Shown piece by piece: positions 38,355 through 48,265 of a stretch of DNA of 64,000 nt (the first letter of the stretch is position 1; every line of letters starts with the position of its first letter). The DNA lies in assembly GCA_963817895.1 (NCBI GenBank), contig CAWFQB010000002.1, positions 544,001-608,000 on the forward strand, written 5' to 3'. The notes below the pieces were generated by a model. The model was not told the origin of the DNA. It did not search any database and was given only the letters and a program-made list of their open reading frames with translations. The DNA is from an uncultured Chthonomonadaceae bacterium. GTDB lineage: Bacteria; Armatimonadota; Chthonomonadetes; Chthonomonadales; Chthonomonadaceae. A program made the translations under genes and the position numbers.

Positions 38355-39866
38355 ATGGGCTTGCAGATCAACACGAACGTTACCGCGCTCAACGCGCTCG
38401 ACAACCTGACCAAAGTTTCCGGCAATGTCGCCAGCAGCATCGAAAAACTGTCTTCCGGTCTGCGCATCAACCGCGCCGCCGATGATCCCTCCGGCCTGAT
38501 CATCTCCGAAGTCGCTGCGCGCCCAGATTGACGGCCTCAACCAGGCCGTCAGCAACAGCCAGGACGCCACCAACCTGATCAAAACTTCCGAAGGCGCCCT
38601 TACCGAAGTGAACAGCCTGCTGCGCAACGTCCGCCAACTTGCCGTTCACGCCGCCAACACCGGCGTCAACGACCAGGTGGCGGTGCAGGCCGACCAGACG
38701 CAGATCAGTTCGGCCATTGCCAGCATCCAACGCATCGCCGAGCAGACGCAGTTCGGAACCAAGCATCTGCTCGACGGCTCTTCGGGTATCGCGGCCAATG
38801 TGGTAGACACCAAGAACATCGCGGGCATCAGCATCGGCGGCGTGTTCAACAACCTCACCACGCAAAGCGGAACCGTCAACGTGGTTGTCAACTCCGTCGC
38901 CACTCGCGCTCAGGTATCGGGCACGGCTCTGGCGACGTATGCCAGCGTCAACGCCAGCATCAGCACGGTCAACGGCCTGAAAACCGGCAGCGGCGGCACG
39001 GTTGTTCTCAACGGGCAGACCATCAGCGTCAGCGGTTCGGACACCGTGCAGACGCTCATCAACAAGATCAACAACCTGGCAGGCACAACCGGCGTTTCCG
39101 CCGACTTCACCAGCGGCAACGGTTCGGGCGCTATCGTGCTGACGCAGCAGAACTATGGCTCCAACTTCGCCATCAACGAAAGCGAATCGCTCCACCCTGC
39201 TGACAGGCACGGGTTCGCCCACGCTGGTCAAGGGGAGCAATGCCACTGTCACCGTTATCGCTTCGGCTCTGGTCAATGGCGTCGTCACCAGCGTCGTCGC
39301 CACCTTCACCGGGGGACGTTCCGCCACCGACAGCGGGCTGCGCGTGACCGATAACGCGGGCAACTCCATCCTGCTCACGGAAGGCGCATTGAGCAACTAC
39401 AGCGCAGGCGCGCCGGTGCAATTGTCGGTTGCGACAGTTACGGCAGGCAACCTGCAGTTCCAGATCGGCGCCAACGCCGGTCAGACGGTGAGCGCCAGCC
39501 TGGGCAACATCCGCACCACCAATCTGGGCAACACCAGCGTCGCGGGTTCGAACCTGTCCCTGGTTGATGTGACAACAACAACAGGAGCCACCAACGCCAT
39601 CACCATCACGGATGAAGCGATTGGGCAGGTGACGCAGTTGCGCGCCAATCTCGGCGCGTTCCAGAAGAACACGCTCGAACTCGACCATCAACTACCTGAC
39701 CGTGGGCGTGGAGAACCTGTCCGCGTCGGAAAGCCAGATACGCGACACGAACGTGGCCTCGGAAGTCGTGAAACTGACCAAGAACCAGATCATTCAGCAG
39801 GCGGCGACTTCGGTATTGGCGCAGGCGAATCAGGCTCCGCAGTCGGTGCTCTCCCTGCTGAGATAG
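38355..39866 (+). CDS. fliC: flagellin (three apparent frameshifts near 38510, 39193 and 39680)
   Basis: [14 protein letters not shown]...[54 protein letters not shown]...[15 protein letters not shown]. Confidence 0.93.
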
Positions 39867-39900
39867 GCAGGTAGATAGGTAGATAGGTAGATAGGTAGAT
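39862..39900. repeat. (GATAGGTA)n octamer repeat at the flagellin stop
   Basis: Four to five tandem units seen directly. Confidence 0.85.
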
Positions 39901-40261
39901 CGTGGCAGGAACTCTTTCTCCTCTCTGTAAAATCAGGGAAGAGAAAGAGTTCCTGCTGTCTGTTGTCGCCTCCCTTCCTTTTTCTCAAGCCGTGAGGGTA
40001 TTATCAATGATGGCAGGCCGCGCAAGCCGAAACTTGCCTGCGCAACAGCCTTCGGCGCAACTCTGGAACTACCCGCGTATGCAAAAACGCTGCAATATGC
40101 CCTGATTCGGAACCTGCATAGTTTGCGGCCTGTGAATTCCCGTTACTTCTGCGCGTCGGCAGTGTCCCTGTAATTGGGCTGTCCTGTTTGCTGTTGTAGG
40201 ATTTACCCTGATTTCGCGTTATTAATTGGAGGGAGACGAAACCTTGACTGATATTCACCAG

Positions 40262-41080
40262 ATGCTGGACGATGCTGTATCGCGGCGAACATTTCTCGCG
40301 CGTATGAGCGCGGCGGGACTGGGAGCGCTGTCGCTTCCCCTGCTGACAGGCTGCAACGGCAATACCAGCAGCAACAATATAAATTCCAGCGTGGGCAACT
40401 CGCTGGGATTTACGGGCGTCCCCGGTCGCAACGCCAACGAGGTCGTGCTGAACTACGCGCTCACGCTGGAGATTGCTGAAGCCGACCTGTACCGCCAGGC
40501 GCTCAATCGCGCGTCGGGACTGGCGCTCGGCACACAACTGGATACGCGCCTGCCTACCCCCGGCACAACCGGCAATTACAAGTTGACGCTGACGGCGGGC
40601 GGCCTGGACAGCAACACGGCTGCGGCAGCCTTTTTGTACCTGACGCAGTTCGCCTATACGGAAGCGACCCATCGAGACTATCTGTTTGCCATCCTGACCG
40701 GATTGGGAGCGCCCCTCGCGCAGGCCAACGTCAAAGGCTACCAGTTCCCCAACAACGAACCCGGCGCGGACCTGCGAACCATTCTGACCACCCTGTACTC
40801 TATTGAAGAGACGGGGCAGCGGGCCTATCTCGGCAGTGTGCCGACGCTGACGGACAATGGCATGGCGCAGATTGCGGGAGCCATCCACTCCACGGAAGCG
40901 CGTCATGCCGCCGCGCTGGCCTATACTCTGGGCAAAGACCCCGGCCCCGCGCCCGGTGTCGCCGCAACCGCAGACGTGAGCGTGACCGGGCAGACGTACC
41001 CGCATCCCAATACGTTTGAATACGCCTCGGCCCCCTCGGACGTGCTGACGGCGGTTTCCACAGCCTACTTTGTCAAATAG
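40262..41080 (+). CDS. ferritin-like domain (Ferritin_2) Tat lipoprotein
   Basis: SRRTFL plus LLTGC; VLNYALTLEIAEADLY, EATH, IEETG..AYLG, EARHAA. Start uncertain. Confidence 0.85.
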   Translation: MLDDAVSRRTFLARMSAAGLGALSLPLLTGCNGNTSSNNINSSVGNSLGFTGVPGRNANEVVLNYALTLEIAEADLYRQALNRASGLALGTQLDTRLPTPGTTGNYKLTLTAGGLDSNTAAAAFLYLTQFAYTEATHRDYLFAILTGLGAPLAQANVKGYQFPNNEPGADLRTILTTLYSIEETGQRAYLGSVPTLTDNGMAQIAGAIHSTEARHAAALAYTLGKDPGPAPGVAATADVSVTGQTYPHPNTFEYASAPSDVLTAVSTAYFVK

Positions 41081-41114
41081 GAATTCACAGTAATCAGGAA
41101 GGAATCAATTCACG

Positions 41115-41864
41115 ATGAGCGATACGCGACAAACCACGTCCGCGCCCACCTCCGGCCTTCTGCGCGGCGGTGTGGCGCTTGCGGCAACGGCGGCGGTTGG
41201 GCTGGCGTCCCGCAAAGCCAGGGCCTTGTCCCTGACTTTCAACGACAACATCCCCGGAACCGGCGACATCAAAGTTCTGAACTACGCGCTGGCGCTGGAG
41301 GATTTCGAGTCGGCTTTGTATCAGGCGGCGATTACCAAACTGCCCGCATTGGGCGCGAACGCGGGTACTCCCGTCTTCGATTACGCCACCAAATTTGCCG
41401 TTGTCGAGGCCGACCACGCGGCCTTTTTGCGGGCGGCCATTACCACAGCGGGCGCGACACCCATCAGCAAGTTCACCTACGACTTCAGCGCGATCAACAA
41501 CGCGACGGATGCCCGCGCCATTCTGGAAGTGCTGCTGCAGGTGGAAGCGACGGGAGTGCGGGCCTACATCGGCGCGATTCCGCTGTTCAGTTCCAAAAGC
41601 GCGTACCTGCAAACGGCAGCGGCGATTCAGGCGACCGAAGCGCGGCATACTACCATGCTGACGATTGTGCGCAATACCGTGTATGGAACCGCCACTGCCG
41701 TCGCGCCGCTGACGCAGGACGGAAGCGCGATTGTCAACCTCAACTACGATACCATCGGCTACAGCGCGACCAGTCCCAACGAAGGCTATAAGAGCCTGGA
41801 CGTGGCGCTTTCCCCCAACGCCGTGTTGAGCGCCGTCGGCCCGTTCTTCGTCGCGCCCGCATAA
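41115..41864 (+). CDS. ferritin-like domain (Ferritin_2) protein
   Basis: DIKVLNYALALEDFESALY, EADH, VEATGVRAYIG, EARH. Confidence 0.87.
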   Translation: MSDTRQTTSAPTSGLLRGGVALAATAAVGLASRKARALSLTFNDNIPGTGDIKVLNYALALEDFESALYQAAITKLPALGANAGTPVFDYATKFAVVEADHAAFLRAAITTAGATPISKFTYDFSAINNATDARAILEVLLQVEATGVRAYIGAIPLFSSKSAYLQTAAAIQATEARHTTMLTIVRNTVYGTATAVAPLTQDGSAIVNLNYDTIGYSATSPNEGYKSLDVALSPNAVLSAVGPFFVAPA

Positions 41865-42150
41865 TTCCAGGGCGGCCTTATGTTCGTTGGCGCGCGACGG
41901 GCGCCGACCGTGATTGCGGGTGGAGCCGCCGCGCAGGTCATCAGCAGAGTATGGAAACGGAAGACCGCAGGCAGATAAAAAGGGAGTATGTAGAGACAGC
42001 GTCGAAATATTGGCAATGCAGCGCTTTCAGCCCAGTGTCTCGTTGTGTCAGATTTTACAGTGGAGGCGTCGTGACCTCGGCAGTGTTATGGCGAACGGGG
42101 AGAGTGACCAGGCATCTTCTTGCGACTCCCTTCCAGGTGAAATTGTTGAG

Positions 42151-42182
42151 AGCGCAGAGTTGATTAGCAACTCTGCGCTTTA
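42151..42182 (+). terminator. strong hairpin, possible terminator
   Basis: AGCGCAGAGTTG-ATTAG-CAACTCTGCGCT followed by a short T run. Confidence 0.5.
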
Positions 42183-42746
42183 ATATCCGGCCATCTGACT
42201 GATTAGTAGACTTGTGTTGCGTATTTTAGACGTCACAAGTACGGTAGGGGTTCACTTTCTTCTGGCTGTTGGACACTTTTTTGCAGTCTTTTTTGCGGAA
42301 GGATTGCGGATGGCGTTAGAGGAGGAACGGGAAGGGAGCGCCGGCTACAACGTGGCCGCTTGCTCTGTCTCGGTCGCATGTATCTCTTGCAGGCAGACAC
42401 CGCCTATCACAGCAGGCACAACCCGTAACAAACCTGCGTTCGGAAAGGGACAGATTGACAAAACCTTTCCCGATACACAAACACACATTAAAACGATTGT
42501 TCGCTTCCGGCAGCCAACCAGTAGCAACGGTACGCTTGCCAGGATTTCCCCATGCGGTCAGGCTCCACAGAACAGGGGCTATCGGAAGGATGAGGAGAAT
42601 TTCTATGTGCGCAATTGCGAGGCGTGATAAAAGGGATTATCACGTACTATTTAACGAACGAGCGATTTGGGCAAATTTCTATTCAAAACGGGGATTGGAA
42701 ATCGGCAGACTAGAAGGCAGGTAGGTCTGTCAATATTTAAAAAGAA

Positions 42747-42770
42747 AAGAGCGGCTTCCTAGCCGCTCTT
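42747..42770 (-). terminator. probable intrinsic terminator for the leftward stress cluster
   Basis: AAGAGCGGCT-TCCT-AGCCGCTCTT with an adjacent A-rich run (U tail on the minus strand). Confidence 0.6.
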
Positions 42771-42989
42771 CAAACTGATGTTATGATGCATAAAGGACGT
42801 TATGGGGCATAACTATACCCGAACGGGAGAGGTCTTGAAAAGGGGTTTTGTGGGGGTAAAAGATAAAACGTGGGTTGAGTTAAGAGGAGGGTATGGGAGT
42901 TCTACGCCAAGGGTGGGTTCGCTCCCCGCAAGGAATTCTGTGGCACCCGGAATCTCATATATGGCGGATTGCTCTGTTGACAGTAAGAT

Positions 42990-44063
42990 TTAGCTTGGAA
43001 TGATGCGCTGTTGCTGGAGGTCCTGCACAAGCTTGACGATTTCCTCGCCCGTGTTGAGGTTCATCTCGTGAAATCCGAAACGTCGGGCCTTCGTGACGTC
43101 GAAGAAGGCATCCACCTCCACGTTAAAGATGAAATCGCCGAACGGCCAGTTGGCAAGCTCACCGAGCGTGTTTGCCTCAAGTCCGTACTTTTTTACCATG
43201 GCGTCCCAGAGCGGCTCTTTGTCCCGCATAGCGTCGGTGAGGGAAAAGGTTTGTGGTGGAGCGCAGTCGATGCCGAAGGCGTCCGCGACCAGAGGAAACA
43301 CCTGACTCCAGCGGAAGACATCGCCGTTGGTGATGTTGAAAATCTCCCCGTAGCAGTCCTCCTTCAGCGCGGCCCATTCCATCGCCCTGGCGAGAAGTGT
43401 GGCGTCGGTGGCATTGGCAAGAATGGCGTACGCCGCTGGGGTTCCGGGGAAGCGCAGTGGCACTCCGGTCTCTTTGCAGAGGCTGGCGTAGACGGCGATC
43501 ACATTCCCTAAGTTCATCGGGTTACCAACCGCAAAACCAAAGACGATATCCGGTCGCAGCGCGGTCCATCCCCAGTTCTTGCCTTGAGAAGCCACGCGCA
43601 GATAATCTTCCTGGTCGTAGTAGAAGTTGGTCCCGAAGTGGCGTGGGTCCGTCTCCTTCGCCGGCGTTTTGTACATGCCCAGATGTGCGCCGTACGCTTT
43701 GCCCCCTTGAATAAAGGCGATGTGGCGAAAGCCGGGGGCCGCGCGCTCGACCGCCTCCACGACATTGCGCAGCATGCCCGTGTTGACGCGCGACGATTCT
43801 GCCGGATCGGACTTCTCCTGGTAAGCGGTATAGAAAACATGCGTGACATCTGAGAGCCAGTCGGACGCTCCCGCAAGTGCCGCAGGATCGAGCAGATCGA
43901 GGGAGCGAAACTCGGCGGTCGTGGGGAAATCTGGCGCGCGTCGGGAGACCGCCTTGACCGCCCATTCCTTTTCCAGATGCGCGATCAGGTTTCGTCCAAT
44001 GATGCCCAGTCCCCCGAGTACAAGAGCCGTTCGTGGCTGATTCATTATGGAAGTACTCACCAT
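42990..44063 (-). CDS. atypical SDR oxidoreductase (progesterone 5-beta-reductase/PRISE-like)
   Basis: ALVLGGLGIIG, VTHVFY, QGGKAYG, NFYYDQED, FNITNGDVFRW. Confidence 0.9.
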   Translation of the reverse strand: MVSTSIMNQPRTALVLGGLGIIGRNLIAHLEKEWAVKAVSRRAPDFPTTAEFRSLDLLDPAALAGASDWLSDVTHVFYTAYQEKSDPAESSRVNTGMLRNVVEAVERAAPGFRHIAFIQGGKAYGAHLGMYKTPAKETDPRHFGTNFYYDQEDYLRVASQGKNWGWTALRPDIVFGFAVGNPMNLGNVIAVYASLCKETGVPLRFPGTPAAYAILANATDATLLARAMEWAALKEDCYGEIFNITNGDVFRWSQVFPLVADAFGIDCAPPQTFSLTDAMRDKEPLWDAMVKKYGLEANTLGELANWPFGDFIFNVEVDAFFDVTKARRFGFHEMNLNTGEEIVKLVQDLQQQRIIPS

Positions 44064-44184
44064 AGGATCCTCATGCTTTTGTAAAGGCGGCGCGGAACGT
44101 ATCGGCAGCCACCTGCCCTTTCCTGCAACCTTGATCACGGGTTTTTTTGCCCAATGCACCGGAAAGGTATAGTTCGCGCAGTAG

Positions 44185-44877
44185 CTACGCGTTCAATTTC
44201 TCAGCCTCGTCCGGCTCCTCTCCGGGCTTGTAGCGCGGCAGCAGGAAGAAGGCGACGCACAGCAGCGCCACGGCCACTCCGACGCGAGGCGCCGCGACCG
44301 CGACCGGAACTGCGGCGATCTGGATCAGCGTCGCAATGCCGTAGCGGCGCGTCATCTGCTGGAGGAAACCGGGCGTGAGCCGTTCGTCCATCACCCGCCC
44401 GCCTGGCATTGCGTAGAACCACTTCGCCAACCAGGTGCAGGCGGTCAGGGCAAGACCGGCAACCAGGGTCACTGCCGCGACTGGCTCGAAACCCGTGCTG
44501 AGGTGAAAGCACCAGACGCGGATGGGATAAGGAATGACGACGATTGCCAGCAGGAACAGAAGGTTGAGCGCGCCGAACCAGTGATCCGACTTGGCATAGA
44601 TACGGCCCGAATAGTGGTGCTGTAGCCAGTAGGCGCCGATCACGAGATAACAGAGAACGAGCGCGAGATGTTCGCGCCACTGCTCGGCCATGGCGCTCGC
44701 CAGGTCGCTATAGCCATGCGGGCCTTCGGGAGATCCTGGAACCTTGATCTCAACGATCAGCAGGGTCAACGCGATTGCGAAAACCGCGTCGCTGAACCCC
44801 TCGAAGCGATCAAGCCCACGCTCGGCACCATGCGTGTGCGCGCCTGTGCGTTGGTTCGTCTCGTTGCGTAGCATCAT
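44185..44877 (-). CDS. TMEM175 (DUF1211) family K+ channel-like protein
   Basis: RFEGFSDAVFAIALTLLIVEI signature; about six TM helices. Confidence 0.9.
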   Translation of the reverse strand: MMLRNETNQRTGAHTHGAERGLDRFEGFSDAVFAIALTLLIVEIKVPGSPEGPHGYSDLASAMAEQWREHLALVLCYLVIGAYWLQHHYSGRIYAKSDHWFGALNLLFLLAIVVIPYPIRVWCFHLSTGFEPVAAVTLVAGLALTACTWLAKWFYAMPGGRVMDERLTPGFLQQMTRRYGIATLIQIAAVPVAVAAPRVGVAVALLCVAFFLLPRYKPGEEPDEAEKLNA

Positions 44878-45004
44878 AAGTCGTATCTCCCATGCAGGAA
44901 CCGATCCTCGCCGCGTGGCTACTGTTATAAAGTAGCCACGCTATAAATCACCCCAGCGGGCGCGAAGCTCCTTTATGAGGTTGGGGCGGCAGCCCACCCC
45001 TACG

Positions 45005-46174
45005 TTACGGGGCAAACACCGCGCGAACGCAGCCGTCTACTTTCTCTCGGAACATCTTGTAGGCACGGGGCGAGTTTTCCAGCGAGAAGCGGTGCGTGGC
45101 AAGGCAGGCGGTATCCAACTCCCCTCGAGAGGCGTGTTCCAGCAGAAGGGGCAAGTATTTCTGTCCATGCTGCTGTGCCGTGCGGACGGTGAGGCCTTTG
45201 TTCATGATGACGCCAATGGGAAACTTGTCCATTACGCCGTAAACGCCCAGAATCGAGAGCGTTCCTCCCTTGCGGCACGCCATGATGGCCTGACGCAGCG
45301 CTTCGCCCCGGTCCGTGTGCATCCGCAGTTCCTGCTTGACCCGGTCGTACACGTAATCCACGCCCGTGCCGTGCGCTTCCATGCCGACCGCATCAATACA
45401 GGCGTCGGGACCGCGTCCGCCCGTCATTTCCCGCAGCGTTTCCAACACGCTGTCCACTTCCGCGTAGTTGATGGTTTCGGCTTTTCCCCGCTCCCGCGCC
45501 ATTTGCAGCCGTTCCGGGAAGCGGTCAATGGCAATCACACGCTCGGCTCCCATCAGATACGCGCTCTGGATTGCCATTTGTCCCACGCCGCCACAACCCC
45601 ATACCGCTACAATGTCGCCCGGCTGAATGTCGCAGAAGTCCGCGCCCATGTAGCCGGTTGGCGCGGCATCCGACAGGAAAAGCGCCTGCTCGTCCCGAAC
45701 TCCGTCGGGAACCAGAAAACAGTCGTTATCGGCATGGGGCACACGCACATACTGTGCATGCGCGCCCGCATACCCGCCGAAGGCATGCGTGTACCCGTAA
45801 ATGCCCGCTGTGGGGTAGCCCAGCATCGGCTCCTGCAACTCCGGCTTGGGATTGGTGTTGTCGCACAGCGAATAAAGCTGATGCTGACAGTACCAGCAGT
45901 CACCGCACACAATGAAGGATGGCACCACCACACGGTCGCCTTTTTTCACCTTCTTGACTTCCGAACCGACGTCCACGATTACGCCCATAAATTCATGGCC
46001 GATCACGTCTCCCGCGCGCATGGTCGGGATGTACCCGTCAATAAAATGGAGGTCCGAACCGCAGGTCGTAGACAGGGTTACTTGCAAAATGGCATCGCGT
46101 GGATTCAGAATTTCAGGATCAGGGACGGTTTGCACACGCAGGTCGTTGATCCCTTCCCAGCAGAGCGCTCGCAT
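45005..46174 (-). CDS. zinc-dependent alcohol/formaldehyde dehydrogenase-like protein, paralog 2
   Basis: [40 protein letters not shown]. Confidence 0.93.
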   Translation of the reverse strand: MRALCWEGINDLRVQTVPDPEILNPRDAILQVTLSTTCGSDLHFIDGYIPTMRAGDVIGHEFMGVIVDVGSEVKKVKKGDRVVVPSFIVCGDCWYCQHQLYSLCDNTNPKPELQEPMLGYPTAGIYGYTHAFGGYAGAHAQYVRVPHADNDCFLVPDGVRDEQALFLSDAAPTGYMGADFCDIQPGDIVAVWGCGGVGQMAIQSAYLMGAERVIAIDRFPERLQMARERGKAETINYAEVDSVLETLREMTGGRGPDACIDAVGMEAHGTGVDYVYDRVKQELRMHTDRGEALRQAIMACRKGGTLSILGVYGVMDKFPIGVIMNKGLTVRTAQQHGQKYLPLLLEHASRGELDTACLATHRFSLENSPRAYKMFREKVDGCVRAVFAP

Positions 46175-46244
46175 CGGCGTTTCCTTTCTCAAAACTGTCT
46201 TTATCCTCTGGTGTCTCGCGCGTAATCGCTTGCAAGACGCGCGC

Positions 46245-47120
46245 CTAATCTTTATCGGCGCGGGCAGCGGGCTGGGGCCGGGTGGTTGGGATCTCACCGG
46301 TCTCAGCCAGCGCTTTGAAGCGCCGGAGCGCCTTCCCCGCCGCCATGTCCGGCACAACCCCCAACAGTTTCGTAAGCGCCTCCCCAATCGCGCCGCCGGG
46401 CGGATCGAAGTGAAAGCGCAAAGTCACTTCGGTTCCCCGGTCGCCAGGAGCGGCATGGAAGCGTACCGAACCCTCGTTGGACATATCTGCCTCGTCCGCA
46501 GAGTGCCAGCGCACCAGTTGTCCCGGGATATCCTCCACAATTCGCGTGTCCCACTCTACATTTTGTCCCAGGGGCATACGCAGTTTCCAGTGCGTGCCCC
46601 TGCCGTTGGCAGGCGCCACATCGGCAAAGGGTTCCATAATGCGTGGGAGTGTCTGCGGCGCGCCCCACAAACGATAGAGTTCGTCGGCGGACCTGCCAAT
46701 CGTCAGGGAGCGCTCCACGATGGTAGGGTCTGCGCCCTCTCCCGCCCGTTCGCGCTGCAGGCGGCTGAGATGCTGCGCGCAGGCGACATCTACCAGCGTA
46801 ATGGCAGCGACGGCCCCCAGAGCAATCTCGGCATTGGCGCGCTTCGGATTGTCGGGCGTAATCGCCGCGCTCAGGGTCGCAATGTCGAGCGCATCGCCGC
46901 CGACGCGCGCCCACACCCATCCCGCCGGTTTGGCTGGCCCTCGCTGAGACAGCAAACCGATGCCCGTTGTAATCTCGCGAAAGCCATACGCGCGCAGCAA
47001 GCCGGCACGGTCTTCCAGACCCAGCCACTTGCCCAGGCTTCGGGGCGCCAGCACTTCGACAAGGCCTAGTCCCACGCTGAACCAGCCTAACGATTGAACG
47101 AATTTTTCATCCTTTTCCAT
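46245..47120 (-). CDS. SRPBCC (polyketide cyclase-like) protein with N-terminal membrane domain, paralog 2
   Basis: LGWFSVGLGL.EVLAP, WARVGGD.LD, LYRLW..P..LP..M, G.VRF..APG.RGTEV, ETGEIPT. Confidence 0.88.
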   Translation of the reverse strand: MEKDEKFVQSLGWFSVGLGLVEVLAPRSLGKWLGLEDRAGLLRAYGFREITTGIGLLSQRGPAKPAGWVWARVGGDALDIATLSAAITPDNPKRANAEIALGAVAAITLVDVACAQHLSRLQRERAGEGADPTIVERSLTIGRSADELYRLWGAPQTLPRIMEPFADVAPANGRGTHWKLRMPLGQNVEWDTRIVEDIPGQLVRWHSADEADMSNEGSVRFHAAPGDRGTEVTLRFHFDPPGGAIGEALTKLLGVVPDMAAGKALRRFKALAETGEIPTTRPQPAARADKD

Positions 47121-47324
47121 GCTCCTTACCTTTCTGCATATTAAGGGGCGCATTCTAAATGCAAGGCGTTGCCTCCAATGCCTTTCCGGAATTAGGAAAT
47201 CCTTGTCTGAACACAGCAATCACCTCTTCCTGAGCGTGGCTGTTCTGACATGGAAACCTCCGTGGCTTTCTGCATCCCTGCCACTGTTGCCCGGATGAGA
47301 CTCAGGCTGCCGAACCCGGTTTGC

Positions 47325-48011
47325 CTACTGCGTCCCCATGCGATGCATGGCGTAACCGCAAAGGGCAAGAGTGACCGCACCCAACGCTAATTTCCCTACG
47401 GGCAGGGCCGAAGTGCGCTCATGTGCGGTCCTATCAGGCAGGGCCGACGTGCGCGCGTTCGCGGGCATGGCCGAGCCGAAGTGTTCCACGATGGCTTTGC
47501 CGAAGGCGAACAGGTCGTGGGGATCGCGGCTGGAGACCCAGTTCCCATCTTTGACGACAGCCTCGTCTACATAGGTGCCTCCAGCATTGGTGATGTCATC
47601 CTTGATCCCGGCCCAGCAGGCGAGCCGCCGTCCGGCGACCAGTCCGGCAGAGACCAGAACCCACGGTCCATGACAGAGAGTGGCGATGGGTTTCTTCATC
47701 TGCTCGAAGGCGCGCACAAAATCCAGAACGCGCTCACTCTGGCGCAGGAAATCGGGGTTGATGAAACCGCCTGGAATGAGCAGGGCGTCGTAGTCGTTGG
47801 GATCGGCGGTGAAGATGGTACGATTCACCTTCTCCCGTTTGCCGGGCCAGAGCAGGTTGATCCCCTGAATAGCGCCCGGGCGCAAGGAGATCACCTCGGT
47901 GGAGGCTCCGTGCTGTTCGAGAACCTTCTTGGGTTGGGTCAGTTCCACCTGCTCAAATCCGTCGGCAGCCACAATGGCGACCCGAAGGCCCGCCAGCGAT
48001 TGCTTTGCCAT
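47325..48011 (-). CDS. DJ-1/PfpI family protein
   Basis: ADGFEQVELT.P, YDALLIPGG..NPD.LR, LCHGPW, DGNWVSSR.P.DL. Confidence 0.92.
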   Translation of the reverse strand: MAKQSLAGLRVAIVAADGFEQVELTQPKKVLEQHGASTEVISLRPGAIQGINLLWPGKREKVNRTIFTADPNDYDALLIPGGFINPDFLRQSERVLDFVRAFEQMKKPIATLCHGPWVLVSAGLVAGRRLACWAGIKDDITNAGGTYVDEAVVKDGNWVSSRDPHDLFAFGKAIVEHFGSAMPANARTSALPDRTAHERTSALPVGKLALGAVTLALCGYAMHRMGTQ

Positions 48012-48265
48012 ATTCCTTCTCCTCGGAGTGTGACAAACCCGGTTTGTCACACCTCTCGTAAAGCCAGGCCACTCATGCCTGCCTAAGCAGAAAGACAATC
48101 AGGAACGTAGGGAGGGGATGCCCTCACAACTTTGCGCAGTTTTCCTGCTTTTCTTATCGTGTGTGCCTTTGAACGTTCCACCATTGGGGTCGCCTGAGCT
48201 TGCCCCGATGGCAGCAATCTCAGGCAACCCCAGCGCGTAGACCGAAGGCTAGAGTGTCGTGCGTC

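Noticed and set aside
2012..39866. Frameshifts in purN, the GAF kinase, the SLH gene, prc, the GNAT gene and flagellin as pseudogenes or programmed recoding
   Set aside because: They look like single-base indels in otherwise well-conserved, often important genes, with no shared slippery motif that I could see. Uncorrected long-read error is the simplest explanation; read polishing would confirm.
41900..42980. Short ORFs or an ncRNA in the 1.1-kb gap
   Set aside because: No recognisable protein, tRNA or RNA family signature; only isolated hairpins.
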